Of a stretch of 64,000 nt of DNA, positions 24,140 to 38,355 are shown piece by piece. The stretch is from Mobula hypostoma (taxonomy: Eukaryota), in assembly GCF_963921235.1 (NCBI RefSeq), contig NC_086097.1, positions 11,904,001-11,968,000 on the forward strand, written 5' to 3'. The notes beneath the pieces were generated by a model. The model was not told the DNA's origin, did not search any database, and saw only the letters and a list, made by a program, of their open reading frames with translations. Made by a program: the position numbers and the translations under genes. The stretch's first letter is position 1. Each line of letters opens with the position of its first letter.

Positions 24140-24612
24140 ATTTATTATTTAGAAATACAGTGTGGAACAGGCCCTTTTGGTTCAATAAACCTACTAAATG
24201 GACTGTGGGAAGAAACAGTAGCTAAGTGGTTAGCAGAATGCTTTACAGTGCAAGCGACTGGTGTTCAATTCCCGCCGCTGCCTGTAAGGAGTTTGTACGT
24301 TCTCTCTGTGGCCCCTGGGGGCTCTGTTTCTTCCCACGTTCCAAAGATGTACCAGTTGGTAGGTTAATTGGTCATTGTAAATTGTCCCATGATTAGGCCA
24401 GGATTAAATTGGGGGCATTTCTGGGCAGCGCGGTGCAAGACCAGAAGGCCTGCATCTCTAAATAAATAAATAACAAGCAGAGCACCTGGAGGAAGCCCAA
24501 ATGCAAACGGGAAGTACGTACAAACACTTTCGCAGAATTTTCCAGAATTGAACACTGTATTCCAAAGCCCCAAGCTGTAATAGGACTGTGCTAACTGCTA
24601 TGCGCTGTGGCC
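24140..24612. mobile_element. Nested HE1-like V-SINEs (plus-strand copy ~24215-24472 inside a minus-strand copy)
   Basis: gtggttagc..gttcaattccc head, V domain, (taaa)n tail; flanks rejoin as ggactgtgggaagaaac|agagcacctggagg. Confidence 0.65.
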
Positions 24613-25044
24613 AAATGCAGGCAGATGTGCATTTTGAGTTGGATTCATGGTTGTCACAGACATTGTAGGCCAAAGGGCCTATACCTGTCCTTTGACAAAG
24701 GATTTCTGCCCGAGTCGTTGACTATTTATTCCCCTCCATAGATGCTGCCTGACTTGCCCAGCAATTTGTGTGTATTTCTCAGGATTTCCGGCATCTGCAG
24801 AATCTCTTGTGACTAATCCTGTGCCATACTGTTCTATGCTCTTCATCCAGTCGCGTGATGTGAATGCCTAGCTTGCAACCACACAAGGTGGCGTCAGCTG
24901 GAAGAACAGCACGTAAGATATGAATCTACACATTGAGATAAAGGGAGTGAAGGAAGTTTGTTGAAGGAGGGCAAAATATAGCATAAATCCATGAAATACT
25001 CTAAAGCAAATTTGTTGTGAGATCATTGGGCTGAATCATGAATT

Positions 25045-26352
25045 CAGAATCAGGTTTAAAATCACTGGCATATGCTGTGAATTGTGTTGTCTCTGAGGCA
25101 GCAGTACAATGGGATACATAATATAGAGAACAAAAACTGTGAATTACAGTAAATGTATATATATATATCATAGTTACACTGAAAAAGTAGTGCAAAAATA
25201 AGAATAAAAAGGTAGTGAGGTAGTATTCAAGGGGTCAATGTCCATTCTGAAATCGGATGGCAAAGGGGAAGAAGCTGTTTCTAAATTGTTCAGTGTGTGC
25301 CTTCAGGCTTTTGTACCTTCTTCCTGATGGAAATAATGACAACAAGGCATGATCCGGGTGATGGTGATCTCTAATGACGGATGCTGCCTTATGAAGCACT
25401 GCTCCTTGAAGATGCCCTGGATAGGCTAGAGGCTAGTGCCCATGATGGAGCTGACTGAGTTTACAACTCTCTGCAGCTTAGTTTGATCCTGCGCAGTAGC
25501 ATCCCTTCCCCCCATATCAGAAGGTGATGCAGCCAGTCAGAATGCCCTCCACGGTACATCTGCAGAAATTTTGGAGTGTTTTTGGTGACATGCCAAATTT
25601 TCTCAAACTTCCAATGATAAGTAGCCTCTATTGTGCCTTTTTTGTAGCAGCATCAATATGTTGGGTCCAGGTTAGATCCTCTCTTCCTTTATCTATAGGT
25701 GCTGTTTGACTTGCTGAGTATTTCATCATGTTTCTACTGTAGTTTCAGCTTTGCAGCATCTGCAGGATGTTGCTTCATATCAATGTTGTTTTGCTGCTGC
25801 CATCCGGAAGGAGGTACGGGAGCCTCAAGTCCAATAGCACCAGGTTATTAGCCCTTAACCTTCAGGCTCTTGAACCAGAAGGGATAACTTTATTCTCCCC
25901 AACACTGACCTGTTTGCATAACCTACGGACTCACTTTCAAGAACTCCACATCTCATGTTTCTCGATATTTATAGCTTATTTGTTTATTATAATTATTTAA
26001 TTTTTTAAAAATCTCATTTTGTATTTGCACAGGTTGTTGTCTTGTTCACATTGTTTCAAATTTCAAAGTACATTTATGATCGAACTATATATACATTATA
26101 CAACCTTGAGATACTGGCAAACACAAAACAAAGAAACCGAAAAGAACTCATTAAAAATAAGAAGACTGTCAAACACCCAATAAGTAGAGAAAAATATAAA
26201 CAAATTATGCAAACAATGTTTGTCCATCTTTGTTGTGTGCAGTTTTCCATTGACTATTGTGTTCTTTGTATTGCGTGTGAGAAAATGAATCCCAGGTTAG
26301 TATATGGTGAAATATATGTACTTTGGTAATAAATACACATTCAACTTTGATT
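25045..26352. mobile_element. Rex1-type LINE 3' fragments (25045-25680 minus; ~25790-26352 mostly plus)
   Basis: cagaatcaggttt tail; ccatccggaaggaggtacgggagcctc (LPSGRRYGSL). Confidence 0.65.
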
Positions 26353-28189
26353 TTGACTGTGGACCACTTGGACCAAATGTTTTGCTGCTTTCAATGTGGT
26401 GAGTACAAAGAGTGGGAGCAAATGCGGCACTTTATCCCCAAATGCATGAGTGTTGGGCCACATCAGGTAATAATTCTTATTTTTTTTATCAATAATTCAT
26501 TTCTTTTACCACCCCTTTCACACACTATTTCCCTTACACTATATACCTTTTAGTAGTCTACATGCTTTATTCTCTGTTGTACTTACCCTGCAGCATCCCT
26601 TCGGCTAATTGGAAGAGAAGCGTTCATCTTAATAAGGATGTCCAGTTTCAAACATTGTACATATTTTTCCCATATTCCTCCTAATTTAGAGACATAAGCA
26701 CAGAACCTAGCTTTAACTTTCTTTCAAACTGCATCCTCATATAAAGTCACGTTAACACCTTCCGGAAATTACCCTTATGCAAATCCCAACACTAATGTGT
26801 GAATTTCAGTGTCTGTTTGCACTTCTGCTTTGTTTTTCTCGTGCTCCCTTTCTGTTTTGTAATTATTGTTTTCTGCTGCAGAGTGGATGCTTTACCCTTC
26901 AAGTTAATTAATTACAAATTATGAGCAGAGTTTTAATTAAAAGAGTCATGGTTAACTAAAATTGGGGCATTTTGTCCTAAAAATAAAAGCAAGTTATGCT
27001 TAAGCTAGTGTTTTAATATTTTGTTTCCACTGACGTGCTTGAAGTTTTATTTTGTCTGATGGACGGTTTATAATTAACAGCGATGTTGGCCCTGGTCTTA
27101 AACTACCATAGATATCTGCAAGCAATCCACTCCTGTGCAAGAAATGTTTGATATGAAATAGCCTTCAGTCATTCCATAATCTGTTCATTGAAAGAAGAAT
27201 ATAAGCGTTTAAAAAAAAACACAGCCTTTTCTGGTTAAGTACTGGAATGCCTAAGAGACTTCTTTAGGAGTTGTTAAGATCTCTATCCAGATAAATTATG
27301 CACGCAGTCCTCAAAAAGGAACCTACAATTTGTGTGTTAGCCCGAGTGCTCTTTAGTTAATAACTGGTGTGCTTGTTCAGAGAGGTGGGGCGCTTTTTCC
27401 TTTCAAATCCCATTTCTTCGAGTTCGGAGGTCATTCAGCTGTTGTGTTCCTTGAGATGATTAAAATACAAAGCCAAAAGAGAGGGTAAAAAAATGCATTA
27501 AATAATTTCAGATCACATGAAAGAGGCGATTTGCCTAATGTGGATTTGTTAAATGTAATCTGCTTGCTTTGCTCTGTACAGGCAGTATCTTGTTCTGAAG
27601 GGGACTGGGCTGTATCGTTATAATACTGTGTACACACAGTAATGAATAAGATGATATCACATTGCAAAAATGAACCTCGTTGATATCCGAGAACTCATAA
27701 CAAATGGAATTGCACGTACTTACATTGCAAAGCCTGTATCCTTTGGTTCCATCACTTGCTTCACAGCAGAGGTGTCTAGTAAAGCACAAGATATTGAAAT
27801 TGACACTCCTTCCCAAACTGGATGAGTAGAAAGAGAGATTGTACACACTGTATTATGAAACATGCATGTATATCGTGCAGGGTGATGTACAGTTAACATG
27901 TTTTTCACAATGCCTGAAGAGTACAACAGCATTAAATTCCATTTTGTCTGTATTTTATATTTCCTGTTGTTCTGTTTCTATTTCAGATTTTTCTCCTACT
28001 TTGTACCATATAAAACACACATCGGCAGTATATAACATATATAATAAGGATGATCATGGAAATTTACATTAAATAAGGAGCTATTTCAGAATCAGGATGA
28101 GGTTTATCGACATATGCTGTGAAATGTGTTGCTTTGCGGCAGCAGTACAATGCATTATTTAAAATGATACTAAAAGTTACAATTATCAT

Positions 28190-28540
28190 CATCACTATGT
28201 GCTGTGCCGTATGATGTGGCAAATTTTTCTGCAAGCGTGGTTTGCTGTTGCCTTTTTCTGGGCAGTGCCTTTACAAGACGGCAGACCCCAGCCACTATCA
28301 ATACTCTTCAGAGATTGTCTGTCTGGCGTCAGTGGTCACATAACCAGGACTTGTGATGTGCACCAGCTGCTTGTACGACCATCCACCACCTGCTCCCATG
28401 GCTTCACATGACTCTGGTCGGGGGTTGGCGTGGGGGGGCTGAGCAGGTGCTACACCTTGCCCAAGAATGACCTGCACGCTAGCGGAGGGAAGGACCACCT
28501 TACGGTCCTTTGGCAGAGATGTATTTCCTCTCTGCCACCC
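28190..28540 (-). mobile_element. SINE-like repeat with RTE-like tail (same family as 6111/8979 and 62660)
   Basis: Reverse-complement match to 6111-6275 plus 8979-9095. Confidence 0.7.
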
Positions 28541-29769
28541 ATAAAATTACAAAAAGAAGTATATAAAAAATAAATAGTGCAAAAACAGAGCAAAAGAGTG
28601 AGGTAATCTTCATGAACCATTCAGAAATCTGATTTCCAGTGTTATTTCAAAGGTGTTTCAAGAATACCTGGTTAATTTATTTATTACTTATTTCACAATA
28701 CAGCATGGAGTCAGCCCACAGCGAACCCACAACCCCAAATAACCCTAACCTAATTGCGGGACAATTTACAATGACCAATAAACCTATCTGGTACGTCTTT
28801 GGACTTTGGGAAGAAACCGGAACATGTGGGGAAAACCCACACTTGCAATGTGGAGGGGATACAGAGACTACTTAGGGAACAGCACCGGAAATGAGCTCTG
28901 AAATCCAGAATTCCCCGAGCTGTAATAGTGTTGTGCTAGCCGTTAAACTACCGTGACGCTCTAAATTTATATGAAATTCACTACATCACCCTCCAGAAGA
29001 ATTAGTAACTCAGTCAGAGCTTATAACAAATAATTATAACCTGCATTGGGTAGTGGCCTTTGTGTTTTGAATTAAGGAGTTATTTTGACATGCAATGAAG
29101 TCTTATTTCTTTCATTTCTGTTTTTGCACTACTTACTTAAATATTTAGCTATCTCTTATACATATATATACTTTCTGCAATTCACAGTTTTTTGTATATT
29201 TATCATGTATTGCAGTGTACTGCTGCCACAGAGTTAACAAATTTCATGAGATATGCTTGTAATATTAAACCTGATTCTGATTTTGATTCTGTAGTAGTTT
29301 CTTCTAACAAAGTCTTGCCTAAAATAAAGAGATTAATGTACCTTTGATCTGCTGCATTTGGGGATGGCATGTCCAGGAAGTTAGCACAACTTACTTTCTA
29401 ACCGTAAAATCATTACCGTATCTTTGCCACATCAGCCAGTGAGATATTAACATAACCTCTCATCCGAAGGTTTGGAACCTTGAGCGCAGAAACATTTCAG
29501 GAATCCACTCTAGTGTCTGTTTACAGTATTTGACTGTCAGGATTGAAACTTCATATTACACTAATTTCAATCTTAAACCCTCTGCTTTATTTGGCTTTAT
29601 TCATGGGTATTCACATATGGTTGAATGATAATTAAACTTGAACTATTCATTTAATTGTTAAATTATTGATTCAACTGCGATAAAGTTGGAAGCGCATTTG
29701 TCAACGATATATCCAATGTAAAGTTTGTCCCTGTGTGCAACCAGGTTCTGTATCAGCTATAGATTCACG

Positions 29770-30255
29770 ATTCAAGATAATGATTTCCTATACACGAATG
29801 TAAAAGTGAACAAAACAATTCAAAGTGCAAAGTAACTTTGTTAACTGTTACTCCAGATCTGATGCAATAGAAAAAAAACAGTAAGGCAAAAAAAAAATTT
29901 TAAAAACACAATAAATATAAATACATAAGATACTGTACATTATGTGTCCATAAAGTGAGGTGAGTCACAGAAGTGTCTGTACGTAAGGTGACTGACAGGA
30001 AATGATAAAGGAGCAGTGGGTTAGTGGGTGGAGGTGTTGATCAGCCTTACTACTTGAGGAAGGTAACTGTTTTGGAGTCTGTGGTCCTGATGTGGATGCT
30101 ATATAGCCTTGTCCCCGATGGGAGTGGGACAAACAGTTCATGAGCAGGGTGGGTGGGTCCTTTGTGATGTCACTGGTCCTTTTCAGGCACCTTTCTGTAT
30201 ATATGTTCTTGTGGGCTAGTAGGCTGGTGCTGGTGGTGCATTGGGCGGTTCTGAC
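29770..30255 (-). mobile_element. Rex1-type LINE 3' end
   Basis: Minus-strand remnant of HPAHELFVPLPSG.. and a 3' UTR matching 6058-6110 plus 9130-9300. Confidence 0.65.
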
Positions 30256-31394
30256 ATGTAGATTATTAATTGGAAAAAAAAACAGTTAAATAGAAGGCTT
30301 GCTACACTTGCATCAGTGATTAATTCAATGCAACAGGTGTGGATAGGAAATGGCCTGAAATTTATGGTTTTAACGGTGTAAATTTAAATAAGAACCGGAT
30401 AAAAAGTAAGATATGGCCAAGGAGGTCCACCAGCTCACTCTTTCCAGCTGAGTGTGTATAATTGGTAATGCCACAAACTCTCTGCGACTTAATTAATATC
30501 CTTCATTCAATCACAAGCAAACCTTTCAGAGAACCTTCGAGTCCTTGAGGCAGCTGAATGAAAAATTCCAGGATATCAGCTGAGCATTTGACTGAAATGA
30601 ATAACTTGGGATAATTCATTTGCAAACACAAAGGTCTATGTTGAAGACTTCAATACGTTATTTTGCTTTTTTTTTACACAGAGGTCAGAATGCCTTTGTA
30701 GCATCCGGAATATATGGCTTGCAAGTTTCTGCTGATACACTTCCTTGTTCTTTTTAAAGAAAAGGTGCACTTTTGCAAAACTCCAAAAATATTTTTATTA
30801 TCAAATTTGAAGTAGTCTTGCATTTTCAGCTCCTTCACTGATTGTACTAAGATACAGTCGCTATGGTAGCAGTTGCTATGTTAGCACCTCAGGCTGATCT
30901 TATACCCCATTTATAGAACCAAATGGGAGTGTAATGAATGGTTGATTCAAATCAGATTTGTCATTATGAGCACCACAAATCAAAAACCTCACTTAAATGA
31001 AATTCACCCTCTTAATGGGTTTTTAAAGGGGCCACGTGTATTACTTCATCTTCGCTCAATATAAACAGAAGGGGAAATGGAGCCGTAGAGATTACAGTCA
31101 AGAAACCTGACCTCCACCAACTCCAAATTCATGAATTCCTCCTTTCACCACTAAGCGGCTCTTATTAGTGCTCACAGGTTTTTGTGACTCTTCCTCAGAG
31201 TGTGGAGCTTGTACAGGGAGCTGCAATTTCATCTCATCGTCCTATGCTACATAACTTCTAAAGCAGTGAGGTGATGGGGTGAGGATTGTAGAAGTGTAAA
31301 GCCCTATATTTTTCAGTGACTGAGTGTAATCTTGCAATGCTGAACTGACAATTTCTGTACAGTTCACTCTATGAAGTTCAAACAATATGTAGAC

Positions 31395-31475
31395 CAAGAG
31401 TTCCCAACTCTGTTTTATGCTATGGACCCCTACCATTAACAAAGGGGTCCATGGACCCCTGGTTAGGAACCCCTG
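31395..31475. mobile_element. 81-bp hAT (Charlie-like) MITE
   Basis: TIRs caagagttcccaac / gttaggaacccctg; perfect 8-bp TSD atgtagac at 31387-31394 and 31476-31483. Confidence 0.88.
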
Positions 31476-31499
31476 ATGTAGACTTGAGTCATTCATTCA

Positions 31500-31910
31500 T
31501 TAGAACATACAGCACATTACAGGCCCTTCAGCCCATAATGTTTTGCTGACCATGTAACCTACTCTGGAAATGGCCTAGAATTTCCCTACCACATAGCCCT
31601 CTATTTTTCAAAGCTGTATGTACCGATCTAAGAGAATCTAATGTAGCTGCCTCTACTGCCATCACTGGCAGCACACCCACCACTCCCTGTGTGAAAAACT
31701 TACCCTTGACTTCTCCTCTGTACCTGCTTCCAAGCACCTTAAAACAATGCCCCCTCGTGTTAGCCATTTCAGCCCTGGGAAAAAGCCTCTGGTTATCCAC
31801 ACGATCAATGCCTCTCATCATCTTGTACACCTCTATCAGGTCACCTCTCATCCTCCGTCACTCCAAGGAGAAAAGGCTAAGTTCACACAACCTATTCTCA
31901 TAAGGCATGC
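31500..31910 (-). mobile_element. CR1 3' end
   Basis: MRGDLIEVYKMMRGIDRV...TRGH...KFFTQGVV. Confidence 0.88.
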
Positions 31911-33945
31911 TTTCATTGTTTTTTACTTCTGCTATTTCTGATTTCTCTCTTACACTTCTCCTAACCACGCCTATTATTCTTAAGTTTTTACCGCCGACTC
32001 AATCTCCAATTGTGTCATTCAATGACCACTGCCTTTCATACAGTTGTTGACCTTTCTTTCTGTTCTCTTTATCACTTTCTATGTAAATTAAAACTCTTTT
32101 CAGTTTTAACTTCTCCTGAATCTAATGGCAAGTCATTAGTGTGAAATATCAACTCTATTTGTTTCTTAAAGACACTGTCTAATTAACTGAATATTTCCAC
32201 AGTTTTCTATTTTTAGTTCAGAGTTGATGTTTTTGCTGGTGCTTGTGCGTGGGAGAGGGTGGGTGGGAACCTTGGGGTCCTCACGTTTTCTGTCATTCGC
32301 TCTTTGTTTCAATTTCAGGGATGTCTGTGAAGAGTAAGAATTTTGGGTTGTATACTGTATACATTCTCTGATATTAAATTGAACTATTGAACCATTGCGT
32401 TCCATTCTCGGCAGTGCTGTTCTTTTGGAAAACAGAGACTGGTCGTCCATTTGGCTATCTGGTCCAAGCAGCTGAGCAAGAAATTATGTCCGTACAAAAT
32501 ATATTAGTCTGCATTAATCTACTTCATCAAATTCAAATTTATCTTTCCTGATTGTGATGGTTACAGTGACTGTGCAGTTCATTAAATCTGCTCTCTAATT
32601 TTACAGTTTGTTAATCTGGTTCTATTACAAATGGTGGAGAAGGAATAAAAGGAAGACTTACACCTTTCTTTAAGATATCCTAGGCAACATGAGTTGGGGG
32701 TAATCTGGTTCTCAGTAGCAATGACTCTGGGGAAAAATAACCCTTTACATTCAGACAGTGTTAACCGAAGCATTTTCTGCAAGAGCAGGAAGGTTATGCT
32801 AGAGTGAGGTGGACAACCTGTTTTATACAGGCGCAGTTTGGACACTCATTGTAGGAAGGATGTGATTGGCACAAGAGATTCGACCAGGACTGGAAAATTT
32901 TATTTGAATGGAAATATTAGCTAGGCTGTGAATGTTTTCTTTGGAACAGAAAACATTACGGAGTGGTATAATTGAAGTGTGAAAGTTTACGTGGGAATAG
33001 ATAAATTAAAGTGGTAAATTGTATTTTCCTTAGTAGAGGGAGCCAAAAACTAAAATATATAGTTTAAAAATAACTGATAGAAAAACTAGGGGGGTTTTAA
33101 GGAATAAAATATTCATTAAGATAGAAATATTACGTTAAATTCAGAAAACCTCATTCACTTTGGACATGCATTTGAAGAGCCATGAACTACAGGTCTACAG
33201 ACCAAATGCTGGTAGGCAGGATTAGAATAGGTTGCACATTGTTTAAACTGGCACAGAGATAATGGACTGAATGGCCTTTGCATTGTAAATGCCCAATAAC
33301 ACTGTAATTCCATGAAATGATACCACTGAAGCCTTCACAAGAACAATATTCCAGGCCTCTGTCAGAGCAGAGATATTCTTTCAGATTGAACTTTGCATTT
33401 AATAAGAAAATGTTTTTGAAAAATTCTGTTAAATGATGAAGCAATTCATAGCACAATGACCAAACCAATCTGACAGCTGAAATTCTTTTACCAGTAAAAT
33501 TGTTCACATCTAGTTAACTCCTTTAATAGATTATATCAAATGATAAACACAATTAGTAAAATGATTTGAAGAAAAGATTATTTGAAAGTAAATTGTAACA
33601 GTTTTATAAAATTTCATGGGTAGATTCTCAAAAAAATTGTATTTTTTTAAAGAGATACAGCGTGGACCAGGCCGTCCGATCCAACGAGCCACACTTTCCA
33701 GCAACTCATTTATTCAACCTTAGCCTAATCACAGGATAATTTGCAATGACCAGTTAGCATACTAACTGGTACATCTCTGGATTGTGGGAAGAAACCAGAA
33801 AACCCAGAGAAAACTTGTGCACACATGAGAAGAAGGTACAAACTTTCTTATAGAGATAATGCAGATCAAATCACCCAAAATAGGAATGGAGTGGATTTTG
33901 ACTGTCACTGATGCTATCCAGAAATTCTATCCTTCTAGAATGTGA

Positions 33946-34227
33946 GGCGGCACGGTAGCGTAGTGGTTAGCACGACGCTTTACGGTACTGGAGACCCAAG
34001 TTCATTTCCGCCGCTGCCTGTAAGGAGTTTGTATGTTCTCCCTGTGACCGCGTGGGTTTCTTCTGGGTGCTGCAGTTTCCTCCCACCCTCCAAAGAGGAT
34101 GTGGTTGGTAGGGTAATTGGTCCTTGTAAATTGTCCCATAAATAGGCTAAGATTAAATTGGGGGCTTGCTGGACAGCTCCAAGGGTTGGAAGGACCTGTT
34201 CCATGCTGTATCTCAATAAATAAATAA
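33946..34227 (+). mobile_element. HE1-like tRNA-derived V-SINE (further copies ~28670-28960 -, 33650-33850 -, 44105-44370 +, 45075-45296 -, 46045-46340 +, 56900-57115 +, 62370-62585 +)
   Basis: ggcggcacggtagcgtagtggttagc head, ggagtttgtatgttctccctgtgaccgcgtgggtttc V domain, ctgtatctcaataaataaataa tail. Confidence 0.85.
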
Positions 34228-37200
34228 CTCAAAAAAAATTAAAAATTAAGTAATAAAAAAGTAAAAAAATCCTTGATGAGGAAGAGTTAATAGAAAAGAT
34301 TTTATTTAGCTGATTATTTTTTATTTAAAAAATACTTTTAGCAGCCAAGCTTTGGGAAAAGGGAATAATTTTAATCTGCTGCTACTGCTTAATAAAGATA
34401 CAGCGGGCTACTGGAGACTAAAGCGGCCTGGATAACATATTGACTGAGCCCCTTTGGAGCTCTGCTCCCTGCCCAGTGTTTCAGCTGAAGTCAGGGTCAT
34501 TGGCATGCCAGCGGCATAGCACATTAAAAAGTAATCTCTAGAAAGTGGTTTTGCTTGTGTTTTCACAGTGATTAAATATGCAAAGCAATTTTCCTGATTA
34601 TCGCCTGTTCGATGCTAAATCAGATATGACCGCAGTGTCTTGGTGCAAAGCCTGTTATTGGATCAGATTCCAAAAAAAATCCAAATCCCCTGAATTCTGC
34701 GGATCATCATTTTAAAAGGGGGCTTGTTAAGACTCTGATTAAATTAAAACACCCCTTAAAGAATATTTAGATCTGGTTCACCAAGCAGAACAGCCTAATG
34801 GTTTTTAAATTAGGAGCTATGAATACTAGTGAGTTTCTGTTGTGGGTCGAGTGGGTATTAGCAAAGGCTTATGTTGTCACCTTCACGTATGAAATTAATT
34901 CCCCTTTCCAGGATGTGAAGTTCAGCCAGTTTTTGGCCTAAAGGTGGTGGTACTGTTGCATAAAAGCCCTTGCAAGATTAATTCTTTACTCTTCAAAAAT
35001 AGCTTCAGCTGAAAGTAAAACAGGGAAGATGGTGGGGGGGGTGGGTGTAGTTATAGTGTAAGATGCAGCAATCTAATAATCAGCTTTCAATGACAGAAAG
35101 CTCATTTCCATCATTATGATGGATAACTTTCATAAGCAGGGTTTCCAACTTTAAATGCAGAGCTTTCAGAGTTTCAGAAAATTTGGTTTACTTCCCCTTT
35201 ATTTCTGCCATTGTTCAATCAGCTTTGGTTGAATGTGGCTTTTACTTTGCCGCAGTCTGTCTTACATATATAAGGTGCATTCACACTCTCTCTGCATTTA
35301 ATTCTCTGTAAATTTAAAGGCGGGGGAGCCTAAAAAAAGAATGCGCATTCCTAAAGCCGCTATCACAACATCACAGAGCACTTCAGAGCCAAGTAAAGCG
35401 CCCTTGAAGAGTAGTCACTGAAGCACTGCCAGGTAAGGTCTTTACCAAGTTGTTCTAAGAACAGCGAAGAAGATGAATCGATAAATATCGGGGCTAATTT
35501 CCCAGCTTTTCACTCAAACGGAATCAGTTTTTATCCCTGATTCCAGAATCAGAATCAGATTTATTATCATTGACTTAGATGATGTGAAATTTGTTGTTTT
35601 GTGACAGCAATAATGTGCAAAGACTTAAAATTACAATGAAATTCCCTCCGCTGTCTGTCAGGAGTGTGTACGTTCTCCCCGTGACCTTGCAGGTTTCCTC
35701 TGAGTGCTCTGGTCTCCTTCCACAGTCCTAAAGATGTACAGGTTAGTCGGTTCATTGGCCACTTGGGTGTTGGCAGGGGGTACGTCACACTGGAGGGGCT
35801 GGTTATGTGTTTTACCTCCAAATTAAAAGAAAATAAAACTACAATTAAATAAATATACAAATAATGAAACAGTGTTCACAAGGGCATGAACCATTCAGAA
35901 ATCTGATTATGGGGGGGAAGCAGCTGTTCCTGAATCAAATCTGGGTTCCCGTAACTCCTCCTGATTGGCAGTAATAACAATTAAAACAAATCTCAAGGTA
36001 TATGGTGACAGATATGTACTTTGATAATAAACTTACTTGGAACTTCAATAACAAAAAGAGTGACTCAGATGACAATGTTCAGTGATGGAAGCTTCCTTCT
36101 TGAGGCACTGCCTCGTAATGGTGGGGAGATCTTTAGATGTTTCTTTGTGAAGGCAATCATAGGAAAATGGGTGAGGAATTGCATTAAGGTAAAAGGATGG
36201 CCATTCCTTTATTGAAACAAACTCTATGAATTTGGAATAAGTCATCTGGGTCCTCGAGCCAGCACACCCATTCAGTAAGATCAAGTCTGGTCTGTTTGCA
36301 ACCTTAGCTCTGCATTTCCACCTAACCTAGATCACTTTTCAACTCATTATGTTATCTCTGCCTTAAATAATTTCAAGATCTCTGTTCCCAAAGTGCTTTG
36401 GGAAGAGACTGCTGAAGACTTACAACACTGAGGGAAAATCAATTGCCTCCACTCTCTCTTTGCTGGTGATCACTTATTAGTAAACAGTAACTGTGAGTTT
36501 GAATTCCTTACAGAAGACGAAACATCCTCTCCACCTCCACCTTGTCAAGGTGCCATTGAACGATGGAGCAGGCACAAGGGGCCAAATGCCAACTCCCACA
36601 TCCATTTGTAACGTTCACATGCTCACATATGATAGGCTTCTCATGAAACCAGGATGGACTCAAGTCGGGTCACCTGGATATCAGCTTTGACACGCTCTGT
36701 TAGTTTTCTATTCTAGTTAGTCACTAACAACAACGTAATTGATAATATCATATGGTCAATATGGACCACTTAGAAAGAAAGCTGAATGTCATGGGATTTT
36801 AAGAGAGGCAAAACTTGTCAAAGCTTTCTCGTCTTTGTCAGATATATCTCATAATGGTGCATTAAAGGATTAAATAATTAGAAGGTTTGTATCAAGGACA
36901 CTTCTAAAACTCAAATGACCTCAGAAGTACAATCAATGCAAGACTGTTTCTGGTTTATGCTGTTGTTTCTGTCTGCTTGTTTTTTCCTTATTTTTAATGT
37001 TTAAATCTGATGGCCTATCTGTGAGGATAACGGTTTCAGAGCTATTGCTAATGCGAGGGAGTCGAATGAACACATTGCAGCTGCTGTATCCTGCCCAGTT
37101 TTGTGATCATATCTTTAGTGATAGCAATTCAACTCCCTCACAGGCAGGCTCAGTAATTCATTTAACCTAAACAAAAAAAATAAGGTAAATAAAAGGCCAG

Positions 37201-37519
37201 ATTAAAACAAAATGATGCTAATAAGAATCATAATCCTTCGCAATTATTAGGGGAGTCAAAATCCTGCTGCAGATAATTTTGACAAAAAAAAACTCAGTCA
37301 AGTATAAAATGGATTTTTCTTCTAAGATCTTCTCTTTCTTACTAAAATTACCGACAGGAGTCACTTAATCAATTAGATATTATTTATTTCTCAAAACCAA
37401 AGGAACATCATGAACAGAAGCAAAACCTTGTTCAACTAATTTTTTAACCATAACTAATGAAGCTGTTTTGCAATATTAGTCATCTTATTGGGAAGGAAGT
37501 CAGCCTTTACAACACTGAG

Positions 37520-38355
37520 ACAATATTACAGAGGAGTGAGGACAAGGAATCAAGTGGCAATAGGATTCCCATGGAATCAGATGCATAAGGTATCCTCTGC
37601 TCCACTGAAGCCAAGTGCAAAAAATTGGGCATCATTGTGGACTTCAGGAAGGGAGAGATAAACCATCCTCCTCTGCGAATACATGGCGCGTCCATAGGGA
37701 GAGTTAAGTGCACCAAGTTCCTGGGACTTCACCTAGTCCCTTAATATCATCTCCCTGAAGAGGAAGACACAGCAGCCTAAGGCAATTGAGGCAAACAAGG
37801 CTCCCTTCCCACCACCATCTTAACTGAATTTTATAGGAACACAGCTGAGAGCATCCTGACAAGTTACCTCACCGTTTGGTATGGGAGCAACCAAGCATCA
37901 GGCCAGAAGTCTCTACAAAGAACTGTGAGATCAGCTGAGAGGATCATAGGGGTCTATCGAGGACATCTATCAGGAGTGCTGAATACACAGAGCTCTTGGT
38001 TTATTAAGGATCCCACCCATTCATCCAGCATATTCTTTGACTTTTTACCATCAGGCAGGAGACTCCAACGCATAAAGTCAAGAACAGTCCGGATGGGAAG
38101 CAGTTTCTCCCCTCAGGCCATTAGGTTTCTCTGTTGCATCACATTCAAAGTGTGACCGGTTAATCTGTTCTGTATCGAACAATATTTAATTTATTTATGC
38201 GTAATTCATCAGCAGATTTTAACCTTACTTTCCTAAGTTATTTTGTGTCATATGTGTGTTACTACTGTGCTTTACACCCTGGTGCAGAGAAACATTGTCT
38301 TATTTGAGAGTATTCATGTATATAGTTAAATGACAATAAACTTAACTTGACTTGA
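37520..38355 (+). mobile_element. Decayed Rex1/Babar 3' fragment
   Basis: RSAERIIGV..HSSSIFFDFLPSGRR..SFSPQAIR; aaatgacaataaacttaacttgacttga tail. Confidence 0.8.
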
